A stretch of DNA of 64,000 nucleotides from NCBI GenBank assembly GCA_035533755.1, contig DATLTC010000062.1:15181-79180 (forward strand), given 5' to 3'. The position numbers and the translations under genes are program-made. Shown in pieces: positions 27,401-36,629 of this stretch. How positions within the stretch are numbered: the stretch's first letter is position 1; each line of letters begins with the position of its first letter. The notes under the pieces were generated by a model. That model saw only the letters and a program-made list of their open reading frames with translations. It had not been told where the DNA came from and searched no databases. Source of the DNA: Gemmatimonadaceae bacterium (GTDB lineage: Bacteria; Gemmatimonadota; Gemmatimonadetes; Gemmatimonadales; Gemmatimonadaceae).

Positions 27401-28629
27401 CGTTTCGTCGATGGCTGGCCGTTGCGATCCTCGCCTGCGCCACGGCGGCGGTGTGGCAGATTCCTCCGTCGGATGCACGGCCGGTGTTGGGTGGGACGCG
27501 TCTTCCCCGATTCGTTCCAGGATTGGGATACGTGCGGCGATTCGGATGGCCGGACGCGGCAGCGCGTCTCGGGCAGGCGAATCTGCACCTGCGGCTGGTG
27601 GAACTCCGCGATTCGGCGTTCCGAACGGCTGCCCCCATCCGTGGGGATTCCGGCCTCCGCGTGCTGATGGACCATCAGATTCCCGATCGCATCGCGCTGG
27701 CGCTGGAGGGATCGTTGCGCCAGCAATGGATGTCGCAGAACGTCGGCGCGCGGTATCCGGTCACGGTCGCGGTGGTGCAGGACACCTCGCACTACAATCA
27801 CGGCCTTCCGATGGCGACGTCCGTGTATCCGGTGTCCAGTTATCCCTTCCTGCCCGATGCCGGGCACCCGGACTGTCAGGTGCTGGTGCGGGTTCGAGTC
27901 CTGTTTCAGAGGGACACGCGCTGGACGAGGAACCTTGCCCACGACGGACTGGTATCCCGCGGCGCGGCGCGTACGGTGCTGAGCGCCTGCGCGCTGTATG
28001 CCACGTTCGGTCCGCCAGGGTCCGGAATCCGGCAGTGGCTGCAGGGAACCGACTGGTCGTTCGCGCAGAGCGTGGACTGGACGCGGAAATCCATTCCATG
28101 GATCGAGTCCATCCAGTACGGAGATACCGCGCTCGCAAGCGTGACCGGACTCGGATCGGCCACATGGATGTTGCGCAGCCAATTGGCGCCCGATGCCGCG
28201 GCGTGCATGGCGGGGGATCCGCCGCGATGCGCGCGGGCGTTGCTCACTTGGCCGGCGCCAGCGGTCGTGGATACGACGTGGCAGACGCATGTCGCAGGGG
28301 TGGAGAGTGTCAGCCTTTATGGAATGATGTGGGGTTGGAACGCTCAGCTGGGCCCGACGCAGGGGTGGCTTGTCTCCGACCTGGCCAACGCGCTGGGGCG
28401 CGAGCGGTTTGCCGAGTTCTGGGCATCGCCACTGCCGCCCGATTCCGCGTACGCCGCGGTGACGCAGGCGTCGCTCGGCGACTGGCTGGTGGGATGGGCG
28501 CAGCGGACGTACGGACGCGACGTGGCGGGGCCGTGGATTCCGCCGCGCGCGCGGCTGGCCGGGATCGTGGTCATTCTGCTGGGGCTGGGCGTGGCGATGG
28601 GGTTTGCCCGCGAGCGGCGCGTGACCTGA
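27391..28629 (+). CDS. hypothetical extracytoplasmic protein, C-terminal TM anchor, apparent paralog of the preceding gene
   Basis: ATG at 27391. Signal-like 'WLAVAILACATAAV' and C-terminal 'LAGIVVILLGLGVAMGF'. The last 80 aa or so align by eye with the 26276..27400 product. Confidence 0.55.
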   Translation: MALTFRRWLAVAILACATAAVWQIPPSDARPVLGGTRLPRFVPGLGYVRRFGWPDAAARLGQANLHLRLVELRDSAFRTAAPIRGDSGLRVLMDHQIPDRIALALEGSLRQQWMSQNVGARYPVTVAVVQDTSHYNHGLPMATSVYPVSSYPFLPDAGHPDCQVLVRVRVLFQRDTRWTRNLAHDGLVSRGAARTVLSACALYATFGPPGSGIRQWLQGTDWSFAQSVDWTRKSIPWIESIQYGDTALASVTGLGSATWMLRSQLAPDAAACMAGDPPRCARALLTWPAPAVVDTTWQTHVAGVESVSLYGMMWGWNAQLGPTQGWLVSDLANALGRERFAEFWASPLPPDSAYAAVTQASLGDWLVGWAQRTYGRDVAGPWIPPRARLAGIVVILLGLGVAMGFARERRVT

Positions 28630-28666
28630 CCGCGCGCGGAAGCGGAATGCTCGTCATCTTGTTCTG

Positions 28667-29272
28667 GTGAAGAAGCGCAAGGGCGACCCGCATCCCAACC
28701 GACTGTCCGAGGCGCTGGAGGAGATACGCTTCGGGAGCGAACGCACGCTGAATCTCCGCGCCAGCCTGCCGTCGCAACGAGAAGCCGCGGCCCGTGTCGA
28801 CAGTTGGCTCCGGCTGCAACAGGTGCAGCGGGCGGGTGAGGTTCTCGTGATCACCGGCCGTGGGAATCAGAGTCCCGGGGGCGTGTCGGTGGTGCGGAGC
28901 GCCGTGGAGCGGCACCTGCTGCTGCTGCGCCGGCTCGGAGTGGTCGCGTCGATCGAGGAGAACACGCCGGGGTCATTCATCGTCACCCTGGCGCCGGTGC
29001 AGGCGATGGTGGATGCTCCCACTCGCCGCCGCACGCGCGCCAGCCAACCGCCGGCGGTTTCGATAGCAGGCCTGGACACCGCGACTCTGCAGATCCTGCG
29101 AGCGCTGAGCGAGCGGGCGCTCGAGGCGCTGGGCGCACCGGTGACGCCGTCGTTCGTCGAAGCGGAGATGGCTCGCCAGTTCTCCGCCATCGTGCGCGCG
29201 GTGCCCGAGGGCCCCGACCGGGACGCGCGGATTCGAGGCGCCCTGGAGGCCGCGCTGGTCGACATGGACTGA
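28667..29272 (+). CDS. Smr-domain protein
   Basis: 'LNLRASLPSQREAAARVDSWL...GEVLVITGRGNQSPGGVSVVRSAVERHL' matches the Smr layout (DLHG-like...vIhGkG.hS). Confidence 0.65.
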   Translation: MKKRKGDPHPNRLSEALEEIRFGSERTLNLRASLPSQREAAARVDSWLRLQQVQRAGEVLVITGRGNQSPGGVSVVRSAVERHLLLLRRLGVVASIEENTPGSFIVTLAPVQAMVDAPTRRRTRASQPPAVSIAGLDTATLQILRALSERALEALGAPVTPSFVEAEMARQFSAIVRAVPEGPDRDARIRGALEAALVDMD

Positions 29273-29356
29273 GACCGGCCACGCATCCGCCATTGCCGTG
29301 CGTGCCGCCACGAATAGCTTCGTGGGTACCTCTTTCCAGCGAGTTCCTTCGTGCCG

Positions 29357-31450
29357 ATGCGGTCCTCCCTCGCCCTCCTGCTCGTTCTGGCCTCCCCGCT
29401 GTCCGCGCAACAGCTCACGGGATACACCGCGACCTCGGCGGCGCGCGAGCGCGCGATCGAAGCCGACGCCATCACGGTGCCGTCCGCGGCGAGCGCCAAA
29501 GCGCATTCCAGGATCCTGTCTCGCGAAATTCATGTATCGGGCACGCCGGCCCAGGCGCGCACACGCGACTACGTGATCGCGCAGATGAAGGCGTGGGGAC
29601 TGGAAACGGAGGTGCGGACGTACGACGTATGGATGCCGATTCCGACCGCGGTGCATCTCTGGCGCGTGGACCACGGTGCGCGGGAGTTGTCGCTGGCGGA
29701 ACCGCCGGTGAAGGGCGATCCGACGTCCACGCTTCCGCAATATCCCACGGTGAACGGATACAGCGGCGTGGGGGACGTGACCGGCGACGTGGTGTACGTG
29801 AACTATGGATTGATCGAGGACTACGCGCAGCTCGATTCTCTGGGCATCTCGGTGCGAGGAAAGATCGTGGTCGCGCGCTATGGACGGAGTTTCCGCGGGA
29901 TCAAGGCCCGGGAAGCGGAAAAACACGGCGCGATTGCGCTGATCATCTACAGCGATCCGCAGGACGACGGGTACGTGCGCGGTGATGTGTACCCGGAGGG
30001 TCCGATGCGGTCGCCCGATGGGGTGCAGCGCGGCAGCATCCTGAACGTGGACGGCGACCCATCGACGCCGGGGTATCCGAGCACCGCAGGGGCGAAACGC
30101 GTTCCGTTGAGCGAGATGGACGTGCCCCACATCCCGGTGATCGCGATCGGGTACGGCAATGCAGCGGAACTGCTGCGGGATCTTCGTGGCGCCGCGATTC
30201 CCCAGAGTTGGCAGGGGGGCCTGCCGTTCCGGTACCATGTGGGACCCGGTCCGGTGAGGGCGCGCGTCGAAGTGCGCGACGACCGCGCCACCAAGGGCTA
30301 CAAGAAGATCTATGACACCTTCGGCATCATCCGGGGCAGCGAATTCCCGGATGAGATGGTGATCATCGGCGGACACCGCGATGCCTGGGGGCCGGGAACG
30401 GCCGACAACGTGAGCGGCACGGTGAGCGTGCTGGAAGCGGCGCGTGCCGTGGCCGACGAGGTGCGCAAGGGACATCGTCCACTGCGCACCGTGGTATTCG
30501 CCACGTGGGATGCGGAAGAGTGGGGGCTGATCGGCTCGACCGAATACGTGGAAGACGATTCCCTCCGCCTGCTGCGGGGCGCAGCGGCGTACCTGAATCA
30601 GGATGTGGCCGCACAAGGCGTGCAATTTGGCGGCGGCGGATCGCCGTCGCTGCGATCCACCTTGCGCGACGTGGCCCGTGAAGTGCCGGATCCCAACGGC
30701 AAGGGGAGCGTCTATGCCCAGTGGCGGCTCGCGGCGGCGGTCGCGGACAGCGTTGAGCCGTCGATGGGCGATCCGGGCGGTGGATCGGATTTCGCCGGGT
30801 TCTACAACCATCTCGGAATCCCGATCGCCGAGTGGGGATTCGGCGGTCCGAGCGGCGTGTACCACTCGCAGTACGATGATTTCCACTGGATGTCGAAGTT
30901 CGGCGATCCGGGGTTCAAGTACCACGCGGCGGCCGGCGAGATCGGCGCCGCGATGGTTCTGCGGATCGCCGACGCGGACGTCCTGCCATACGACTATGTG
31001 GAATTCGCGCAGACGATGAAGAAGTATCTGCCGGCGATGAACCGTGCCCTGGCCAAGAAGCACTGGCCGGATACGATGGAGCCGGTGGCGGCGGCGCTCG
31101 GCCGGTTCGAGACGGCGGCGACCACGTTCAATGCCGCCCGCAACGCGATGCTCGAAGGCGCGCCGTCGAGAGAAGCACTGGAGCGCACCAACGCCGCGCT
31201 CCGGGGCGTGGAGCACGCGCTGACGCGGCCCCAAGGGCTCGAGGGCAAGGGTCGGGCCTGGTTCCGCAACCTGATGTACGTGGCGGACGAGGACAACGGT
31301 TACGCGAACATGGTCTTCCCGTCGGTGAACGAAGCCATCCGGGCCAACGACGAGGGGCGCACGGCGCGCGAAATCGCGGATCTCGCCACGCACTTCGATG
31401 CAGCAACCGCGGCGCTGCAGGCGGCGCGTGGGGAGGCCTCGGCACGCTGA
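29357..31450 (+). CDS. M28-family peptidase, glutamate-carboxypeptidase-II/transferrin-receptor-like
   Basis: Signal peptide, PA-domain region, 'GGHRDAWGPGTADNVSG', 'FATWDAEEWGLIGSTEY' and a C-terminal TFR-dimerisation-like helical domain. Confidence 0.85.
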   Translation: MRSSLALLLVLASPLSAQQLTGYTATSAARERAIEADAITVPSAASAKAHSRILSREIHVSGTPAQARTRDYVIAQMKAWGLETEVRTYDVWMPIPTAVHLWRVDHGARELSLAEPPVKGDPTSTLPQYPTVNGYSGVGDVTGDVVYVNYGLIEDYAQLDSLGISVRGKIVVARYGRSFRGIKAREAEKHGAIALIIYSDPQDDGYVRGDVYPEGPMRSPDGVQRGSILNVDGDPSTPGYPSTAGAKRVPLSEMDVPHIPVIAIGYGNAAELLRDLRGAAIPQSWQGGLPFRYHVGPGPVRARVEVRDDRATKGYKKIYDTFGIIRGSEFPDEMVIIGGHRDAWGPGTADNVSGTVSVLEAARAVADEVRKGHRPLRTVVFATWDAEEWGLIGSTEYVEDDSLRLLRGAAAYLNQDVAAQGVQFGGGGSPSLRSTLRDVAREVPDPNGKGSVYAQWRLAAAVADSVEPSMGDPGGGSDFAGFYNHLGIPIAEWGFGGPSGVYHSQYDDFHWMSKFGDPGFKYHAAAGEIGAAMVLRIADADVLPYDYVEFAQTMKKYLPAMNRALAKKHWPDTMEPVAAALGRFETAATTFNAARNAMLEGAPSREALERTNAALRGVEHALTRPQGLEGKGRAWFRNLMYVADEDNGYANMVFPSVNEAIRANDEGRTAREIADLATHFDAATAALQAARGEASAR

Positions 31451-31496
31451 CCGGCGTCGTGGGGGGACGCGTGCCGACCATCCCGGCCATGAACGC

Positions 31497-32387
31497 ATGA
31501 CCGCGCTCGTGGCGGGGGTGGCTGCCGTCCTCGTGGGGCTCGTGGTTCGCGCGGTACTGACGCACCGCGCCGAAGCGCGAGACGCGGCGCGCCCCCGCGA
31601 TGCGGACGGCGTGGTTCAGGGCGCCGAAGGGTTCGTCCTGGAGCGCGCCGGCGCACCGGCCGTGCTCCTTCTGCACGGAGCCGGCGACACGCCGCAAACG
31701 TTGCGGTTGCTCGGCGAGCGGTTGCACGCGCGCGGATTCGCGGTGGTCGCGCCCTTGCTGCCGGGCCATGGCCGCTCGGTCAGGGACTTCCGGCACGTGA
31801 GCGCGCGGGCCTGGCAGGACGCGGCGATGGCCGCGTACGACGAATTGCGCGCGCGGCATGCGTGGGTGGGCGTCGTGGGCCTCTCGATGGGCGGGGCATT
31901 GGCGGCACGCCTCGCGGCCGCGCGGCCCGACACCCCGGCGTTGGTGCTCCTGGCGCCGTATCTCGGGCTTCCGCGACGGTTGCGAGTGGCTGCCGCGTTC
32001 TGGCGCGTCGCCTGGCTGGTGTCACCGTACTTTTCGGCGGAAGATTCGCGATCCATTCGGGATCCGGCGGCGGCGGCGTTGGGGCTCGCCTACGGCGTGT
32101 TCACGCCAGCCGCCCTCCGGGCGCTGTGCCTCGTGTCGGACGATGGCGCGGCTGCCTTGCCCGGCATCCGGACCCCGACGCTCATTATTCAATCGCGGCA
32201 GGACAACCGGGTGAGCACCGCGGTGGCCGAGCGAAGTTTCGACCGATTGGGCAGCTTGGAGAAGCGACTCGAATGGGTATCGGAGGGTGGGCATGTGATC
32301 ACCGTGGACTACGGTCGGGAGCGGGTTTTCGTCCTCACCGCCGACTGGCTGATCTCCCACGGCGCCGGCTCGTTGCTCCGGCTGTAG
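31497..32387 (+). CDS. alpha/beta hydrolase (esterase/lysophospholipase-like)
   Basis: 'LLLHGAGDTP' and nucleophile elbow 'GLSMGGALA'. ATG at 31497. Confidence 0.75.
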   Translation: MTALVAGVAAVLVGLVVRAVLTHRAEARDAARPRDADGVVQGAEGFVLERAGAPAVLLLHGAGDTPQTLRLLGERLHARGFAVVAPLLPGHGRSVRDFRHVSARAWQDAAMAAYDELRARHAWVGVVGLSMGGALAARLAAARPDTPALVLLAPYLGLPRRLRVAAAFWRVAWLVSPYFSAEDSRSIRDPAAAALGLAYGVFTPAALRALCLVSDDGAAALPGIRTPTLIIQSRQDNRVSTAVAERSFDRLGSLEKRLEWVSEGGHVITVDYGRERVFVLTADWLISHGAGSLLRL

Positions 32388-32431
32388 CGGTATCGTACAA
32401 TCCATCACGAGCCCTTCGCACTGGAGACCGT

Positions 32432-33421
32432 ATGGAAGCGCTGCCCGCCCTCGTCATCGTCATCGTCCTCGCGGTGTTCGTCGCGTCGAAGTCCTTCAAG
32501 ATCATCGGTCAAGCAGAGGTGATGGTCGTCGAACGTCTGGGCCGCTTTCATCGCCTGGCGCGTTCCGGATTCAACATCCTGATTCCGTTCATCGAACGGC
32601 CGCGGGCCATTGACGTACGATTTCTGGAATCGGACGTGGGTGGACAACGACGTATCGCGTCGCGCTCGACCCCGCGCATCGACCTGCGCGAGCAGGTGTT
32701 GAACTTTCCGAGCCAGCCGGTGATCACCAAGGACAACGTGACGATCGACATCGACGCGGTGCTGTATTACCGGATCGCCGACCCCCAGAAAGCGACGTAC
32801 GCGGTGCAGAACCTGCCGTACGCCCTGGAAACGCTCACGCGCACGACGCTGCGCAACATCGTGGGTGAGATGGAGCTGGATCAGACGTTGGCGAGCCGTG
32901 ACCAGATCAACCGCCGGATGCGCGAGGTGATCGAAGAAGCGTCGATCGGCTGGGGAGTGGACGTCACGCGCGTGGAACTGCAGGCGATCGAACCGCCGCG
33001 CGACATCCAGCAGTCGATGGAGTTGCAGATGCGCGCCGAGCGCGAGCGCCGCGCCGCGGTGACCAATGCCGAAGCCAGCAAGCGCGCGCAGATCCTGGAA
33101 TCCGAAGGATCGCGGGAATCCCAGGTCCGGAAAGCGGAAGGCGAGAAGGAAGCGGCGGTGCTGCGTGCGCAGGGCCTGGCCGAAGCGCGGTTGGCGATGG
33201 CCGACGCCGAAGCGGAAGCCATCCGTCGTATCGCGGCCGCGCTCCCGGACGGGCAGGCGGCAACGTATCTGCTGGGGCTGAAGTATCTGGAAGCGCTCCC
33301 GAAGCTCGCTGAAGGAAAGGGCTCCACGCTGTTCCTGCCGTCCGAAGCGGTGGGAATGCTGAGTGCCGTGGGAGGCCTGCGCCAGATGCTGCAGAAGCCA
33401 TCATCGTCCACGGAGAAGTGA
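32432..33421 (+). CDS. SPFH/band-7 (stomatin/prohibitin-like) membrane protein
   Basis: N-terminal TM helix, 'VVERLGRFHRLARSGFNILIPFIE', 'TKDNVTIDIDAVLYYRI' and an Ala/Glu-rich coiled-coil tail. Confidence 0.88.
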   Translation: MEALPALVIVIVLAVFVASKSFKIIGQAEVMVVERLGRFHRLARSGFNILIPFIERPRAIDVRFLESDVGGQRRIASRSTPRIDLREQVLNFPSQPVITKDNVTIDIDAVLYYRIADPQKATYAVQNLPYALETLTRTTLRNIVGEMELDQTLASRDQINRRMREVIEEASIGWGVDVTRVELQAIEPPRDIQQSMELQMRAERERRAAVTNAEASKRAQILESEGSRESQVRKAEGEKEAAVLRAQGLAEARLAMADAEAEAIRRIAAALPDGQAATYLLGLKYLEALPKLAEGKGSTLFLPSEAVGMLSAVGGLRQMLQKPSSSTEK

Positions 33422-33643
33422 GTGGCGAAAATCACGAAAGATCGCGCGGAGCGGATCGCGCGATCGCACGCCTGCGAGGTGTGCGGCGAATACAACTACA
33501 AGAAGCTGTCGGTAAAACCGGCGGACGCGGAACTGCAGAAGAGCGTCGGGGCCGCCTGGGTGGCGACGAAGACGTGCGGGGTCTGTGACGCCGTGCACGA
33601 ACTGGGGATCAGCGAAGACGGCGACATCGTCTATGTCAGTTAG
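33422..33643 (+). CDS. small 4-Cys zinc-ribbon-like protein
   Basis: 73 aa with 'CEVC' ... 'CGVC'. The GTG start is immediately after the SPFH stop. Confidence 0.45.
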   Translation: MAKITKDRAERIARSHACEVCGEYNYKKLSVKPADAELQKSVGAAWVATKTCGVCDAVHELGISEDGDIVYVS

Positions 33644-33691
33644 CACTCGAATGATGACAACCGGCGGCACCGGCTGCGCCATCCTGGTCAC

Positions 33692-34669
33692 ATGGCACCT
33701 CTCGATCTGACCAAGCTCGCCGTGGGCGAGCGCGTGCAACACGAGTTGATGGTGCTGGACCGCGTGGAGCGCAAGCAAGCGGCCGGAGATCCGTTCGTCG
33801 TGTTGACGCTGGGCAACGCGACGGGGCGCATCGAGTCGGCGCCGATATGGTCGGACAAGATGCCGTGGGCCGAAGGCGCCGAACGCGGCCGGGTGGTACA
33901 GGTGATCGGCGACGTGAGCGCCTATCGCGGCAAGCGCCAGATTCAATTGACGAGCGCGCTGCGGGTGATTCCGGCCGATCAGATTCGGCTGGACGACTTC
34001 GTGGCCCGGATTTCCGAAGATCCAGTGCGGCTCTGGGATTGGCTGGATCGCACCCGAGGGGAGATGGGCTCGGCAACACTAAAGGGAGTGCTGGACCTGT
34101 TCTTCCGGGACGACACGTTCCGCGAGGCGTTCGAGCGGACCCCGGGCTCCGTGGTGGGGCACCACGCCAAGGTGGGTGGGCTCCTGAAGCACATCGTGGA
34201 AGTGACCGCGATTGCGAAGTCCGCGGCGCGGGCTCTGCAGGCGGATGCGGATCTGGTGGTGGCAGGTTCGCTACTGCACGACATCGGCAAGGTCGAGTCT
34301 TACGCCATAGAGCGCGGTGCCTTCGCGTACACGACCCGCGGGAACCTGCTGGGGCACGTGGTGCTCGGGTGCCTGATGCTTACCGAGCGTGTGCTGGCGC
34401 ATCCCGGCGTGTGCACGCCGGGGCAGCTTATGGAATTGCAGCATATGGTCTTATCCCACCACGGGTCACTCGAGTTCGGCAGTCCTGTCCAGCCGATGAC
34501 GGCCGAGGCCGAGATCGTGCATTGGGCCGACGAGACCTCGGCCAAAGGCAATGACATGCTCGAGTCGATTGCCGACGATGCCGAGTTCGCGGGCGGGACG
34601 GAGTTCTCCGACCGTCGGCCCTGGCGAGTGGGACACCGCATCTGGCGGCGGCCGCACGACTGGCCGTGA
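33692..34669 (+). CDS. OB-fold + HD-domain 3'-5' exoribonuclease, YhaM-like
   Basis: N-terminal OB fold ('FVVLTLGNATGRIESAPIW...VIGDVSAYRGKRQI'). HD domain with 'HHAKVGGLLKH', 'LLHDIGK' and 'LSHHG'. Confidence 0.8.
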   Translation: MAPLDLTKLAVGERVQHELMVLDRVERKQAAGDPFVVLTLGNATGRIESAPIWSDKMPWAEGAERGRVVQVIGDVSAYRGKRQIQLTSALRVIPADQIRLDDFVARISEDPVRLWDWLDRTRGEMGSATLKGVLDLFFRDDTFREAFERTPGSVVGHHAKVGGLLKHIVEVTAIAKSAARALQADADLVVAGSLLHDIGKVESYAIERGAFAYTTRGNLLGHVVLGCLMLTERVLAHPGVCTPGQLMELQHMVLSHHGSLEFGSPVQPMTAEAEIVHWADETSAKGNDMLESIADDAEFAGGTEFSDRRPWRVGHRIWRRPHDWP

Positions 34670-34860
34670 AGGGGAACCTCCGACTAACGGTGCGGTAAAA
34701 GCCGATGCCGCCGGTCCGTCTTGCCTGTCAGGTTTGGGCCGACGACGGCCCGGTCAGCGATTGCGCACAGGGCTGCGTATGCCCAAGGGACCCGTTTCGA
34801 AAGGGAACCGCGCCGACTTCGGCGCCAGATTCTCCGTCGGGCGGCTTCCAGAAAGCATTG

Positions 34861-34898
34861 GCCAGCTTCGTGTTACATGACACGGTGGCTCTCTTTTT
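34861..34898 (+). terminator. candidate intrinsic terminator in the long yhaM-csp spacer
   Basis: GCCA..CGTGT-tacatg-ACACG.TGGC composite stem followed by TCTCTTTTT. A T5 run is rare in this DNA. Confidence 0.4.
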
Positions 34899-34955
34899 CA
34901 GGCTGCGTGGGTGCGAGTTTCCCCTCACGGGCCTTGCAGTGCCAACGGAGGATTC

Positions 34956-35177
34956 ATGCGCAAGCCGAGACCGGCAACCTTCAACCCAGCGCAAGCCTTA
35001 CATCTCATTGCCAGTGACCGGAGCCGAGAACCGCTCAGTTGTCCTTCCTGTTCCGGCAAGATCGAACGTACTCCGAGCGTGAGCCCGGCGCCGCCACGCT
35101 CTCAGGTGACCCTCCGCTGCCGCGATTGCGGACGGATCGCACGGTATGTTGCCGGCGCCGCTGTGGGAGCAGCGTAA
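34956..35177 (+). CDS. small zinc-ribbon-like protein (CPSC...CRDC)
   Basis: 73-aa ORF. The ATG is preceded by a strong GGAGG at -10..-6. Has two CxxC pairs. Confidence 0.45.
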   Translation: MRKPRPATFNPAQALHLIASDRSREPLSCPSCSGKIERTPSVSPAPPRSQVTLRCRDCGRIARYVAGAAVGAA

Positions 35178-35235
35178 CGGTGAACTGAGCCGGCGCCGCA
35201 CCGCAGATCGCACCTTCATTTGGGAGCACGATTCC

Positions 35236-35442
35236 ATGGCTCGCATCACCGGCACCGTAAAGTGGTTCAACGACGCGAAGGGTTTTGGCTTCATCTCCCA
35301 CGAAGGTGGGCCGGACGTATTCGTGCACTACAGCGCCATTCAGGGCAGCGGATTCAAATCCCTGGCTGAGGGCGACGCGGTGGAATTCGAGATCGTCCAG
35401 GGGCAGAAGGGACCTCAAGCGGCCGAAGTGACGAAGGTCTAG
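35236..35442 (+). CDS. cold-shock protein (CspA family), second copy
   Basis: '[15 protein letters not shown]' and 'VFVHYS'. 68 aa. Confidence 0.92.
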   Translation: MARITGTVKWFNDAKGFGFISHEGGPDVFVHYSAIQGSGFKSLAEGDAVEFEIVQGQKGPQAAEVTKV

Positions 35443-35459
35443 TCCCACGTCGCACAGAC

Positions 35460-35497
35460 GCAACAAGCGCCGCGGCCTCAGCCGCGGCGCTTGTTGC
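35460..35497. terminator. perfect 17-bp hairpin between convergent genes
   Basis: GCAACAAGCGCCGCGGC-ctca-GCCGCGGCGCTTGTTGC. No U-tract on either strand. Confidence 0.55.
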
Positions 35498-35513
35498 TAT
35501 GGGGGGGCGCCGT

Positions 35514-35804
35514 TCAGTGGGCGGTGGCCATGGACCGCCAGGTGCGATACCCGGCGGGCGGCGGATCGAACGTGGCTTCGCGGGGCCGCTCGCCGCCGGC
35601 GAGCAGCTGCAGCGTCTGGTAATAGAAGTGCAGTGCTCGCACCGGAGGTATGGTGCCGTCGGCGCCGGCGCGCGCGATGGCCAATGCTTCGAGGCGCACC
35701 GCGGGAGGCAGGGTGCGGGCCAGGGGGTGGCGCAGGATGCGCCGGATCTGATCCGGGTCATGCGCGGTGAGCGCCGCGCAGAGCATGTCGAGAAAGGCGA
35801 GCAT
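35514..35804 (-). CDS. hypothetical protein (96 aa)
   Basis: ORF with protein-like composition. An AT-rich promoter region containing an NrtR-type site lies directly upstream. Confidence 0.45.
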   Translation of the reverse strand: MLAFLDMLCAALTAHDPDQIRRILRHPLARTLPPAVRLEALAIARAGADGTIPPVRALHFYYQTLQLLAGGERPREATFDPPPAGYRTWRSMATAH

Positions 35805-35823
35805 ATCCGTTCGCTATTTGATC

Positions 35824-35844
35824 TTAAATACATATTGCTACTAA
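35824..35844. promoter_or_regulatory. second, imperfect NrtR-type box (TTAAATAC-atatt-GCTACTAA)
   Basis: Same 8-5-8 architecture as the 36603..36623 palindrome and shares the 9-mer GCTACTAAA with it. It lies 20-40 nt upstream of the 35804 start. Confidence 0.4.
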
Positions 35845-35893
35845 ATAGCCGATCGGTCAAGTGGCGACCCTGCAACGAGGCCGGCCGCCGGCG

Positions 35894-36592
35894 CTAGCCC
35901 GAGACCAGATCGAAGCGCACGCCGCGTCGCCGGTCGCGACGCTTCCGCGGGGCGTATCGGAAGAGTTGAGCGGGTCGGCCGCGTCCCTCGCTTCGCCACT
36001 CGTCGGTGGGTTCCACGAGGTAGGCCGCCTGCAGGGCGCGACGGAAGCTGGCCTTGTGGAGCCGGCGCCCGAGGAGGATCTCGTAGACGGCCTGTAGCTC
36101 ACTGAGCGTGAATGTTGGCGGCAGGAGGCGAAAGGCCAGCGGCGATTGGTCGAGGCGCGCGCGAACGGCATCGAATGCTGCATCGATGATGGCGCGCTGA
36201 CGTGGAAACACGGCCGGGAGTTCCTCGGCGTCGAACCAAGTGGACTCCGACCCCGACGGGAGGTAATCTCCGTTGGGCATGAGTGCGAAGAACCCGACCG
36301 AGAGTTCGGCGTCGCCGGGATGGCGGCGGTTGTCGCCGAATGCGGCGATCTGTTCGAGGGCCGCGGGCGCAGTGCCGAGGGCGGCTCGGGCGACGCGCGC
36401 CGCCGCATCAGCGAGTGATTCTTCACCACGCGGGGCATCCCAGGGCAGGATCCACCGCTCGCGGGAATGTGTGTCGGGTGCCTTCGCGACGAGAACGGCC
36501 AGTCGCTTGGCGCGCGGGGTGAGCACGACGATGTCCACAGACAGCGTCGTCTGGCGCGCGGTGGAAGAAGGGGAGGAGGGGCGTTCGCGCAT
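35894..36592 (-). CDS. nrtR: Nudix-related transcriptional regulator (NrtR family)
   Basis: N-terminal Nudix-like domain plus C-terminal winged helix 'FTLSELQAVYEILLGRRLHKASFRRAL'. The start is ATG at 36592 or GTG at 36595. Confidence 0.75.
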   Translation of the reverse strand: MRERPSSPSSTARQTTLSVDIVVLTPRAKRLAVLVAKAPDTHSRERWILPWDAPRGEESLADAAARVARAALGTAPAALEQIAAFGDNRRHPGDAELSVGFFALMPNGDYLPSGSESTWFDAEELPAVFPRQRAIIDAAFDAVRARLDQSPLAFRLLPPTFTLSELQAVYEILLGRRLHKASFRRALQAAYLVEPTDEWRSEGRGRPAQLFRYAPRKRRDRRRGVRFDLVSG

Positions 36593-36599
36593 CACGCGC

Positions 36600-36629
36600 G
36601 AATTAGTAGCGTGTAGCTACTAAAGTCAA
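36600..36629 (-). promoter_or_regulatory. nrtR promoter with embedded 21-bp palindrome
   Basis: Minus strand: TTGACT (36629-36624), 18 nt, TAATTC (36605-36600). The palindrome TTAGTAGC-gtgta-GCTACTAA (36603-36623) fills the spacer and -10. The predicted TSS coincides with the start codon, so the mRNA would be leaderless. Confidence 0.55.

Noticed and set aside
28973-31498. Very long ORFs running antisense or out of frame to recognisable genes. Examples are the 841-aa ORF at 28973..31498 (-), and 6171..7649 (+), 21682..23562 (-), 47873..49504 (-), 58130..59767 (-) and 18493..20154 (+).
   Set aside because: Their translations are Arg/Pro/Gly/Ala-rich and low in complexity, with no family motifs. 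Each is fully overlapped by an ORF with clear signatures (M28 peptidase, hisN/hisF, argB/argD, GT genes, argG). Stop-codon-poor wrong frames are expected in GC-rich DNA.
34670-34900. Possibility that the structured spacer is a known housekeeping RNA (SRP/4.5S, 6S, tmRNA or RNase P).
   Set aside because: I could not find the diagnostic motifs: the SRP helix-8 GGAAGCAGCC-type sequence, the tmRNA GGGG..TTCGAC 5' end with a tag ORF, or the RNase P GGAAAGTCCGGGC-type sequence. It is kept only as an unclassified candidate structured RNA.
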